A DNA stretch of 64,000 nucleotides from Chloroflexota bacterium. GTDB taxonomy: Bacteria; Chloroflexota; Dehalococcoidia; JAUQQI01. A program made the translations under genes and the position numbers. The notes below the pieces were generated by a model that was not told the DNA's origin, made no database searches, and saw nothing but the letters and a program-made list of their open reading frames with translations. Shown here piece by piece: positions 17,476 to 25,730 of this stretch (position 1 is the first letter of the stretch; each line of letters starts with the position of its first letter). The DNA is taken from contig PSKS01000004.1 of the NCBI GenBank assembly GCA_040289115.1, positions 36,064 through 100,063 of the forward strand, read 5' to 3'.

Positions 17476-18090
17476 GTGGACCTGAGTACTGTCCCCGTCG
17501 CCGAGCCGGTTAGCCGGCTCATTGCCGAGCTGGAAAAGCTGCCCGGTATCGGGCCCAAGACCGCCCAGCGGCTGACTTATTACATCCTCCGCCAGCCCGA
17601 AGTGGAGGTCCGGAGTCTGGCCCAGGCCCTCCTGGACGTGAAGACCCGGGTGCGGTTCTGCGCCGAGTGCTTCAACATCTCCGAAGACGACCTCTGCCCC
17701 ATCTGCCGCTCACCGGACCGGGACCGCGCGGTCATCTGCGTGATGGAGGAGCCCCTGCATGTCCTGGCCCTGGAGCGGACGGGCAAATACCGGGGGCTCT
17801 ACCACGTCCTCCACGGGGTGATCTCCCCCCTTAATGGTGTCCTGCCGGAAAACCTCAAGATCGCTGAGCTCATCGAGCGGGTTCAGCGGCACCCGGTTCG
17901 GGAGGTCATCCTGGCCACAAACCCCAACCTGGAAGGGGATACGACGGCAAGCTATATCTTCAAACTGCTTGCCCCCCTCGGCGTAAAGGTGAGCCGGCTG
18001 GCCCGGGGCCTGCCCTCCGGCGGCGAGCTCGACTACGCCGATGAACGAACAATGGTCGAGGCCCTCGACGGCCGCCGACCCCTCAATTGA
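17476..18090 (+). CDS. recR: Recombination protein RecR
   Basis: GTG start. HhH motif (LEKLPGIGPKTAQRL), C4 zinc finger (CAEC...CPIC) and a Toprim domain. Confidence 0.9.
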   Translation: MDLSTVPVAEPVSRLIAELEKLPGIGPKTAQRLTYYILRQPEVEVRSLAQALLDVKTRVRFCAECFNISEDDLCPICRSPDRDRAVICVMEEPLHVLALERTGKYRGLYHVLHGVISPLNGVLPENLKIAELIERVQRHPVREVILATNPNLEGDTTASYIFKLLAPLGVKVSRLARGLPSGGELDYADERTMVEALDGRRPLN

Positions 18091-18102
18091 GCCCCCGAAT
18101 CG

Positions 18103-18867
18103 ATGACCCGCTTCCACGTCTACCACACCGAAGCGGTTATCCTGCGGCGGCTCGACCTCGGCGAGGCCGACCGGGTCATCGTCATCTTTACCCCGGGCCG
18201 GGGCAAGGTTGAAACCATCGCCAAGGGCGTCCGCCGGATCACCAGCCGCCGGGCCGGCCACTTAGAACCCCTCACCCGGGCCAGGCTTCTTCTGGCCCAG
18301 GGCCGTCAGCTGGACGTCATCACCCAGGCCGAGGCCTTAGACCTTTTTCCCAACCTGCGCGCCGACCTGGGGCGGACGGCCGCGGGCTTCTACCTGGCCG
18401 AGCTGGTGGACCGGTTTACCGAGCCACAGCAGCCGAACCCCGGCCTCTACCGCCACCTGGTGGAAGGCTTAAAACTTCTCGACCTGGGCCAGGACCCCGA
18501 CCTGGTCCGCCGCTACTTCGAGCTCCGCCTCCTGGACGCGGCGGGCTTCCGCCCGGAGCTTCACCGTTGCCTGGAGTGCGGCCGGGAGCTCAAGCCCACC
18601 GCCAACTACTTTTCTCCGGCCAGCGGGGGAGTCCTCTGCCCCGACTGCGGGGGCCGGAATCGTCCGGTAAGCGTCGCCGCCCTTAAGGTCCTACGGTTCA
18701 TCCAGTCGGCGCCGGCCTACGACCAGGTCGCCCGCCTCCGGGTTCGGCCCGGCCTCATGCGGGAGCTGGAGCTTTTGCTCCGGGACTATCTGAGGTTCCT
18801 CCTGGAGCGGGACCTTAAATCCGCCGCCTTCCTCGACGGCCTGCGCCAGCTCTCGGCCGGAGGCTGA
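18103..18867 (+). CDS. recO: DNA repair protein RecO
   Basis: RecO N-terminal OB fold (EAVILRRLDLGEADRVIVIFTPGRGK) and a C-terminal zinc motif (CLECG...CPDCGG). Confidence 0.85.
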   Translation: MTRFHVYHTEAVILRRLDLGEADRVIVIFTPGRGKVETIAKGVRRITSRRAGHLEPLTRARLLLAQGRQLDVITQAEALDLFPNLRADLGRTAAGFYLAELVDRFTEPQQPNPGLYRHLVEGLKLLDLGQDPDLVRRYFELRLLDAAGFRPELHRCLECGRELKPTANYFSPASGGVLCPDCGGRNRPVSVAALKVLRFIQSAPAYDQVARLRVRPGLMRELELLLRDYLRFLLERDLKSAAFLDGLRQLSAGG

Positions 18868-18874
18868 GCCGGGG

Positions 18875-20008
18875 GTGGGAACGCCGTGGCGGGTTCTGAT
18901 TACCGGCGGGGCCGGCTTCATCGGTTCCCACCTGGTCGATGAGCTGGTGGCCGCCGGCTACGAGGTGACGGTCATCGACTCCCTCGAGCCCCAGGTCCAC
19001 GGCCCCAACCGCACCCCACCACCCTACCTTAACCCGAAGGCCCGCACCGTCTGGGCCGACCTGGCCACCGAGCCGGATGTGCTGGACCGGCTGCTGCCCG
19101 AAGTCGACGCCGTGGTGCACCTGGCCGCCCTGGTGGGGGTCGGCCAGTCCATGTATGAGGTCGCCCGCTACGTCCGGACCAACACCCTGGGCACGGCGAC
19201 CCTCTTGGAAAAGCTTATCCGGCAGCGGGACCGGATAAGGAAACTGGTGGTGGCCAGCTCCATGGCCGTCTACGGTGAGGGAGCTTACGTCTGTCCTAAC
19301 TGCGGCCCGGTCTATCCCCCGGGCCGGACGGAGGCCCAGCTGGCGGCCCGGGACTGGGAGATTCGATGTCCCGCCTGCGCCGCCGTTCTGGAACCCCGGC
19401 CCACCCCCGAAGACAAGCCGTTAAGGCCCGAGTCGGTCTACGCCGTAACCAAGCGGGACCAGGAGGAGCTGGCCCTTACGGTAGGCCGGGCCTACCGGAT
19501 ACCCACCGTCGCCTTGAGGTTTTTCAACGTTTACGGGCCCCGCCAAGCCCTAAGCAACCCCTACACGGGGGTTGCGGCCATCTTCTCGGCCCGGCTGCTT
19601 AACGGTCGCGCCCCGGTCGTCTACGAGGACGGCCGCCAGACTCGGGATTTCGTCCACGTTCGGGACGTGGTCAGGGCCTGCCGGCTTGCCCTAGAAAGGG
19701 ACGGGGCCGATTACGAGGCCGTAAACGTGGGGACCGGCAGGCCTATTTCGGTCCTGGAGGTGGCCTCGACCTTGGCCTGGGCCCTGGGCCGGCCGCTGAA
19801 GGCCGAAATCACCGGCCGCTACCGGGCAGGGGATATCCGCCACTGCTACGCCGACATTACCAGGGCCCGCCGGCTTCTCGGTTACGAGCCCGAGGTGACC
19901 TTCGAGGCGGGGATGGCTGAGCTTGCCGCCTGGGTCACCACCCAGGCGGCCCAGGACCGCTGGGCCGAGGCGGCCGCCGAACTGGAACGTCAGGGGCTCA
20001 CCCGATGA
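18875..20008 (+). CDS. NAD-dependent epimerase/dehydratase (extended SDR) with an inserted Cys4 zinc-ribbon-like segment
   Basis: GTG start. Rossmann motif GGAGFIGSHL. Insertion CPNCGPVYPPGRTEAQLAARDWEIRCPACAAV between core SDR segments. YxxxK region present. Confidence 0.8.
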   Translation: MGTPWRVLITGGAGFIGSHLVDELVAAGYEVTVIDSLEPQVHGPNRTPPPYLNPKARTVWADLATEPDVLDRLLPEVDAVVHLAALVGVGQSMYEVARYVRTNTLGTATLLEKLIRQRDRIRKLVVASSMAVYGEGAYVCPNCGPVYPPGRTEAQLAARDWEIRCPACAAVLEPRPTPEDKPLRPESVYAVTKRDQEELALTVGRAYRIPTVALRFFNVYGPRQALSNPYTGVAAIFSARLLNGRAPVVYEDGRQTRDFVHVRDVVRACRLALERDGADYEAVNVGTGRPISVLEVASTLAWALGRPLKAEITGRYRAGDIRHCYADITRARRLLGYEPEVTFEAGMAELAAWVTTQAAQDRWAEAAAELERQGLTR

Positions 20009-20685
20009 TTCCTATCTCCGACGAGGACATCCGCCGAAAGAAAATCTTTCCCCTCATTAACCTGGCCCTCATCGCCATCAATATCCTGGTCTTTTTCTAC
20101 GAGGTCAGCCTGCCCACGGCCCGCCTTGAGGCCTTCATTTCAGCCTTTGGGGTTGTACCCTTTGAGATCGTCACCGGCCGGGACTTGCCCCCACCGGCAC
20201 CGGGCCCGGTCTGGCTCACTCTCCTCACCGCCATGTTCATCCACGGGGGCCTGCTGCACATTGCCGGTAACATGCTCTACTTGTGGATCTTTGGGGATAA
20301 CGTCGAGGACGCCATGGGCCACACCAGGTATTTAATTTTTTACCTGCTATGCGGGGTAATCGCCAGCCTGTCCCAGGTCCTCTCGGACCCCCTATCCCGG
20401 GTTCCGAGCATTGGGGCCAGCGGGGCCATTGCCGGGGTGCTGGGGGCCTACATGGTGATGTTTCCCCAGGCCCGCATCCGGACCCTGCTCTTCATCGGGC
20501 CCTTCTTTACCCTGGGTCGGGTACCGGCCCTGCTGGTGATCGGCCTCTGGGCCGTTATCCAGTTCTTTTCCGGAATCGCCTCGCTGGGCGTGCCGACCCA
20601 GCAGACCGGGGGCGTGGCCTACTTTGCCCACATCGGCGGGTTCGTGGCCGGGGTCGTCTTAGTCTGGTTTTTCCGCCGCCGTTAA
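20005..20685 (+). CDS. Rhomboid-family intramembrane serine protease
   Basis: Start overlaps the upstream stop. GASGAIAGVLGAY contains the catalytic Ser (GxSG) and FAHIGGFVAG the catalytic His, in a multi-TM protein. Confidence 0.85.
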   Translation: MIPISDEDIRRKKIFPLINLALIAINILVFFYEVSLPTARLEAFISAFGVVPFEIVTGRDLPPPAPGPVWLTLLTAMFIHGGLLHIAGNMLYLWIFGDNVEDAMGHTRYLIFYLLCGVIASLSQVLSDPLSRVPSIGASGAIAGVLGAYMVMFPQARIRTLLFIGPFFTLGRVPALLVIGLWAVIQFFSGIASLGVPTQQTGGVAYFAHIGGFVAGVVLVWFFRRR

Positions 20686-20691
20686 AGGGCC

Positions 20692-21624
20692 TCAGTCGGT
20701 TTCGGGGGCCGGCAGGAGCCGCTGACTCTCCGGACCGGTTAGGAACTCGTAGAACCGGGCGGCCAGGGGCGAGAGGGGCACGGTCCGGCTCCGACCGAGG
20801 AAAACCGGCTGGCGCACGGTCAGGTCGCTGAACCGCAGCACCTTAAACTGGACCTTAAGCTCTCGCGCCGCCGAGGCCGGCAGGATGGCCGCCACCAGCT
20901 CGACAGTCAGACTGGCGACGGCCGCCTGCAGGCTGCCGGTTTCCAGCCAGACCTGGTCGGCCGAAAGCCCAAGCCCCCGCCGGTGGAGGGCCGCTTCTAG
21001 GGCCAGACGGGTCCCCAGGCCCGGGCCGGGCAGGACCAGGCGGGTCTCCTGCAGGTCGGCAGCTTCCAGCCAACGGCGTTTGGCCCAGGGATGCCGGTCG
21101 GAAACGACCGCTACCAGCTCCTCCTGGAAGAGCAGGTCCAAGTCCAGCTGTCGTCCGCCCAGTTGCTGGCCCAGAAAGGCCAGGTCCAGCTCCCCCCGGT
21201 TTAGCATGCCGGCCAGGGTCGACGCGTCCCCGGTAACCATCTGGAAACAAAGGTTCGGGGATTGGCCCCGGAAGCCGGTCAGAACTCGGGGCAAGAAGAC
21301 CTCGGCCGAGATAACCCCGACCCCAACCTTAAGGGCCCCACCAACCCGGCCCCGCAGGGCTTCTAGGTGGGTGTGGTAGCGTTCGGCGTGGGCCAGGAGC
21401 TCCCGGGTTGGACCGATGAGGGCCTCGGCCGCGGCGGTGGGGACCCGCCGCCCCCCCTGTCGGTAAAAGAGCTTAAAGCCGAGCTTGCGCTCCAACCCCC
21501 GGATTTGCTGGTAGACGGCCGCCTGGCTTAAATGTAGCCGCCCCGCAGCCCCACGAATGCTCCCGGTCTCAACCACCGCAAGGAAAATGTGCAGACGGTA
21601 GAGGTCCGGCACATCCGGATACAC
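20692..21624 (-). CDS. LysR-family transcriptional regulator
   Basis: N-terminal HTH (LHIFLAVVETGSIRGAAGRLHLSQAAVYQQIRGLE) and a C-terminal LysR substrate-binding domain. Confidence 0.85.
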   Translation of the reverse strand: MYPDVPDLYRLHIFLAVVETGSIRGAAGRLHLSQAAVYQQIRGLERKLGFKLFYRQGGRRVPTAAAEALIGPTRELLAHAERYHTHLEALRGRVGGALKVGVGVISAEVFLPRVLTGFRGQSPNLCFQMVTGDASTLAGMLNRGELDLAFLGQQLGGRQLDLDLLFQEELVAVVSDRHPWAKRRWLEAADLQETRLVLPGPGLGTRLALEAALHRRGLGLSADQVWLETGSLQAAVASLTVELVAAILPASAARELKVQFKVLRFSDLTVRQPVFLGRSRTVPLSPLAARFYEFLTGPESQRLLPAPETD

Positions 21625-21675
21625 CGATTCCTCCCCATCCGGTTATCTGGGCCCAACCCCGTGGCAGCGGTTAGG

Positions 21676-22686
21676 TTAACTGGACCGGCGGACCGTGAAC
21701 TCGATGAGGGCTGCCAACATCTGCCGGGCGGGCTGGTCGGGCAAGTTTTCTAGGGCGGCCCTGGCGGCCCCGGCGAACTGCTCGGCCACGACGTAGGCGT
21801 CGGCCAGCACACCGCTGGACCGGATCTCTTCGGCCAGCTCGTCTACCTCGGCCGGAGTCACCCGACCCTCGAGGATCCGACGCAGGCGTCCATCTTCAGG
21901 GTACCGTTCCAGGTAAAGAATCGTGGGCAGGGTAAGGACCCCCTGAAGCAGGTCATTACGGGCGGGCTTACCCAGCTGTTCCTGGCTGGCGCTAAAGTCA
22001 AGGATATCATCCACCACCTGAAAAGCCATACCTAGATTGTAGCCGTAGCCACGCAGGGCGTCAAGAGCCGGTTCCGGTGCCCCGCTTAGGATACCCCCGG
22101 ATTCGGCCGCCGTCGCAAAAAGGGCGGCCGTCTTGCCCTCCACCCATTTAAAATAATCCTCCCGGCGGCTGTTAGGGTCCTTGGCACCGAAGGCCTGGCG
22201 CAGCTCCCCGGTGCAGATCACCATCAGCGTCCGGGCAAAGAGGGTCATGGCCCGCAGGTTTTCGGTGCTGGCCACGAGGTCGGCTGACTTAGCAAAAAGG
22301 TAATCCCCAACCAGCACGGCAGTTCCGGCGCTGGCCACGCTGTTTATCGTCGGCTGGCCCCGCCGAACCTCGGAGCGGTCCAGGACGTCGTCGTGGACCA
22401 GGGTGGCGGTGTGCAGAAGCTCCATCGCCGCGGCCATGGGTACCAGCTTGTCCAGCCGGTAGTCGAAAAGCTTTCCGGCTAGCAGGGTAATGCTGGGCCG
22501 GATCCGCTTGCCGCCGGGCCTCAGCACGTGGGCTACCAGCTGGGCCAGCAGGGGATAGTCCACCCGGGCCACCGCCTTGAGGGTTTCCTCCACCAGGGCG
22601 AGGCCATCGGCAACGGCGGCGTGGATCTCCTCAAGTCCAGTCAATTTAAAGCGTCCCCCGGCAAACCCGAGCCAACGGCAACCCAT
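21676..22686 (-). CDS. Polyprenyl diphosphate synthase (hepta/octaprenyl type, trans-IPPS)
   Basis: FARM motif LVHDDVLDRSEVRRG and second Asp-rich motif QVVDDILD. Start uncertain (ATG 22686 or TTG 22647). Confidence 0.85.
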   Translation of the reverse strand: MGCRWLGFAGGRFKLTGLEEIHAAVADGLALVEETLKAVARVDYPLLAQLVAHVLRPGGKRIRPSITLLAGKLFDYRLDKLVPMAAAMELLHTATLVHDDVLDRSEVRRGQPTINSVASAGTAVLVGDYLFAKSADLVASTENLRAMTLFARTLMVICTGELRQAFGAKDPNSRREDYFKWVEGKTAALFATAAESGGILSGAPEPALDALRGYGYNLGMAFQVVDDILDFSASQEQLGKPARNDLLQGVLTLPTILYLERYPEDGRLRRILEGRVTPAEVDELAEEIRSSGVLADAYVVAEQFAGAARAALENLPDQPARQMLAALIEFTVRRSS

Positions 22687-23465
22687 TTCAGGGCGAAAAG
22701 TTGGCAAGCGTTGGCCGTCGTCTGCGCTATTACCGCCTCCACCGGGGCCGACCAAAGCCCGGCCAGAACCCTGACCACCTCCACCAGGTAGGCCGGTTCG
22801 TTCCGCCGGCCCCGCCAGGGCTGGGGCGGAAGGTAGGGGGCGTCGGTCTCCACCACCACCCGGTCTCGGGGAAGCCGGGCCACTACCTCCCGGAGCCGGT
22901 CGTTCTTCGGGTAGGTGATGGCCCCGCCGACGCCGAAGTAAAACCCAAGGGTCCCCGCCTCCTCAGCCGCGGCCAGGTCGCCACTGAAGGCGTGGAACAC
23001 CCCCCGCAGGCGCGGCCCCAGCCGCCGGCGCTGCGCCCGGAGCAGCTCCAGCATCCGGGGCCAGGCCTCCCGGGTGTGGACCACCACCGGCAAGTCCACC
23101 TCCACCGCCAGCTCCAGCTGGGCGATAAACGCCTGCTCCTGGACCTCCGGCGGGAAGTACATCCGGTAAAAATCGAGCCCGACCTCCCCAATGGCGACCA
23201 CCTTCGGCCGGCCCGCCAGGTCGGCAAGGGCAGCCAGGGCGCCGGCGTCCAGCCGGCCGGCACTGCCGGGGTGGAAGCCTACGGCCGCGAAAACCCCGGG
23301 CTCGGTTGCCGCAATCTCCAGGTTCTCCCGGGCGGTGTCCAGGTCCAGGGCCGCACTTACGAAGACGTTTACCCCCGCCTGGCGGGCGCGGGCAAGGACC
23401 GCCCCCAGGTCTTCCCGGAACTGTGGGTCGAAGAGGTGCAGGTGGGTGTCTGCCAGCGACTGCAT
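22641..23465 (-). CDS. TatD-family metal-dependent DNase/hydrolase
   Basis: N-terminal DTHLHL motif, TIM-barrel TatD signature residues (HTREA, ETDAPYL). Confidence 0.85.
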   Translation of the reverse strand: MQSLADTHLHLFDPQFREDLGAVLARARQAGVNVFVSAALDLDTARENLEIAATEPGVFAAVGFHPGSAGRLDAGALAALADLAGRPKVVAIGEVGLDFYRMYFPPEVQEQAFIAQLELAVEVDLPVVVHTREAWPRMLELLRAQRRRLGPRLRGVFHAFSGDLAAAEEAGTLGFYFGVGGAITYPKNDRLREVVARLPRDRVVVETDAPYLPPQPWRGRRNEPAYLVEVVRVLAGLWSAPVEAVIAQTTANACQLFALKWVAVGSGLPGDALN

Positions 23466-23511
23466 CTAAAGCTTTGCCCAGGGTGATTTTAACATAGAAC
23501 TTCGGACCCGA

Positions 23512-24336
23512 TTAGGCCGGCTGGTAACTTACGATGCGGTCCAGCCGGAAGGTTCGGGACTCCCCCCGCAGGTAGCAGAAGGCCACCAGGTAGACCGCGC
23601 CACCCTGGGCAAAGACGTCCAGGGGTTCGATAAGCCAGCTGGTGGGGGTTCCCCGACCGTCGATGTAGTGGACCACCAGGGGGCGGCGGAGCCGCACCGC
23701 CTCCTCCAGGTCGGACGGCATGCGAACTACGGGTCGCATCTCCGGGTAAACCGGCCCGCCCTGCAAAGGAAAGATCCGGTTGGGGTCGATTTCCGCCGAG
23801 CCCGTCAGGTCAAAAACCAGCCGCTCCAGTACCGCCTTCGTCGTATAGGCATCGCTGAGGGCGCGGTGGGGATGGGCGGGACCAAGGCACAACTCCTGGG
23901 CGATCGCCCGAAGGCTGTTGGAACCGAACCGGTAATAGCGCCGGGCCAGCTTAAGGGTATCCAGGGCCGGGTTCCCAGGGTAGGGGACCCCAAGCCGGCT
24001 GAGCTCGGCGGCCAGAAAGTTTAAATCGAAGGGCGCGTTGTGGGCCACGAGGGTGGCCCCGGCGATCAGCTCAAGCAGCCTGGGTAAAAGCTCCCCAAAG
24101 CTGGGGGCACCGGCCAACATCCGGTCGGTCAGGCCGTTTACAGCCGCCGCTCCCGGGGATATCGGCCGCCCCGGGTTAACCAGGCTCGAAAACTCGGCCT
24201 CCACCTGCCTGTTGCGGACCCGAACCAGGCCAACCTCGCAAATCCGGTCTCCCCCGAAAGGGTCGAGGCCAGTGGTTTCAAAGTCTAAATAAACCAAGAC
24301 CGCCGGCTCCGGCCGGAAACCACCGTACTCGGTCAT
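23512..24336 (-). CDS. DEDDh 3'-5' exonuclease (DnaQ-like) fused to a C-terminal WYL domain
   Basis: Exo I motif VYLDFETTGLD, Exo II region LVAHNAPFDLNFL, Exo III HRALSDA. C-terminal part (WLIEPLDVFAQGGAVYLVAFCYLRGESRTFRLDRI) matches the WYL domain consensus. Confidence 0.7.
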   Translation of the reverse strand: MTEYGGFRPEPAVLVYLDFETTGLDPFGGDRICEVGLVRVRNRQVEAEFSSLVNPGRPISPGAAAVNGLTDRMLAGAPSFGELLPRLLELIAGATLVAHNAPFDLNFLAAELSRLGVPYPGNPALDTLKLARRYYRFGSNSLRAIAQELCLGPAHPHRALSDAYTTKAVLERLVFDLTGSAEIDPNRIFPLQGGPVYPEMRPVVRMPSDLEEAVRLRRPLVVHYIDGRGTPTSWLIEPLDVFAQGGAVYLVAFCYLRGESRTFRLDRIVSYQPA

Positions 24337-24416
24337 GCTGCCCGCTGCAAAGGCATTCGCCGAGTTATATCATAAAGCCACCAGGCTCAACAGCCGCCCG
24401 AAAGCCGAGCCGGAAT

Positions 24417-24445
24417 TTGCCAAACTGGCCCGGGCTGGCTAGAAT
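24417..24445 (+). promoter_or_regulatory. Sigma70-like promoter upstream of htrA-like gene (TTGCCA-N17-TAGAAT)
   Basis: -35 TTGCCA at 24417-24422, 17-nt spacer, -10 TAGAAT at 24440-24445. GGAGG RBS at 24469-24473 precedes GTG 24482. Confidence 0.4.
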
Positions 24446-24481
24446 CTATCCGCCGGATACTTGGCTGGGAGGTGGTCCCGG

Positions 24482-25624
24482 GTGCGGCCAGGGTTGTGGC
24501 CCGTTGCAACGGCCGTCATTTTAAGCCTAGTTTTCGGGGGCATCGCCGGCGGGTTCGCCGGAACGGTGGCCAGCCTGCTTATCGCCCGGCTGGAGCGCCC
24601 CGTCGCCCAGCCAGCAGGTCCGGGCCAACCGCCCGTGCAGACCCAGGTAACCCTTACGGAAGAGTCGGCCGTTATCCGGGCGGCGGAGAAGGCCGGCCCA
24701 GCGGTGGTGACCATCGAGACCTCGGCTTCGACCGGCCGAAGCCTCTTTCGGCTGAGCACCGAGGTAGGCTCTGGGGTAATCTTCGCTCCCCAGGGGTTTA
24801 TTCTCACCAACCGCCACGTGGTCGAAAACGCCCGCCAGCTCACCATAACCCTGGCCGACGGCCGCCGTTTCCCTGGCCGCCTCATCGGGATCGATCCCTT
24901 CGACCAGTCGGACCTGGCCATCGTCAAAGTTGACGCCGACGCCGGGCTCCCCGCCGCCGAAATCGGCGACTCAAGCCAGCTGCGGGTCGGCCAGCTGGTG
25001 GTGGCCATCGGCAGTCCCTTGGGCACCTTCCAGAACAGCGTGACCAGTGGGGTGATAAGCGCCCTGGGCCGCACCGTCCAGGTTCAACGTCCGGGCCGGG
25101 GCCTGGTCCAGCTCCGGGACCTGATTCAGACCGACGCCGCCATCAACCAGGGCAACAGCGGCGGGCCCCTGGTAAACTCCCTGGGCCAGGTGATCGGCAT
25201 CAACACGGTGGTGGCCGGGGAGGCCCAGAATATCGGCTTCGCCATCCCGATTAACGTGGCCAAACCCATCATGCGCTCTGCCGTGGAAGAGGGCCGCGTC
25301 CGACGGCCCTGGCTGGGAATCTGCTACTTTATGGTGACCGGGGAACTTGCCAACCAGTTCCAGCTCCCGGTAGACTATGGGGCGTATGTATACTGCCAGG
25401 ATGCCAACCAGCCGGCGGTCCTCCCCGGCAGTCCCGCCGAGCGGGCCGGCCTCCGGGAACGGGACCTCATCCTGGAGGTTAACAACCGCCGACTGGACAG
25501 CCGCTACGCCCTGGTGGATGCCCTTGCCCAGGCTCGGGTTGGCGAAAGGGTGACCCTCACCGTGCTCCGCTCAGGCCTAACATTCCAGGTCGAGGTGGTG
25601 CTGGGGGAGATGCCTGCCCGCTAG
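24482..25624 (+). CDS. HtrA/DegP-family trypsin-like serine protease with C-terminal PDZ domain
   Basis: N-terminal TM anchor. Catalytic triad regions (TNRHVV; D; GNSGGPL) and a PDZ-like C-terminus. Start GTG 24482 (alternative TTG 24461). Confidence 0.85.
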   Translation: MRPGLWPVATAVILSLVFGGIAGGFAGTVASLLIARLERPVAQPAGPGQPPVQTQVTLTEESAVIRAAEKAGPAVVTIETSASTGRSLFRLSTEVGSGVIFAPQGFILTNRHVVENARQLTITLADGRRFPGRLIGIDPFDQSDLAIVKVDADAGLPAAEIGDSSQLRVGQLVVAIGSPLGTFQNSVTSGVISALGRTVQVQRPGRGLVQLRDLIQTDAAINQGNSGGPLVNSLGQVIGINTVVAGEAQNIGFAIPINVAKPIMRSAVEEGRVRRPWLGICYFMVTGELANQFQLPVDYGAYVYCQDANQPAVLPGSPAERAGLRERDLILEVNNRRLDSRYALVDALAQARVGERVTLTVLRSGLTFQVEVVLGEMPAR

Positions 25625-25730
25625 CCTGGACCGGACAAGCGGCCAGCAGTCCGGCACCCCCGCCGGCGAAACGGTGCGAGATGAGGTCCGTAAAAAGCTG
25701 TTTAGCAACCTTGAGAGGAGGAGTTTAACC

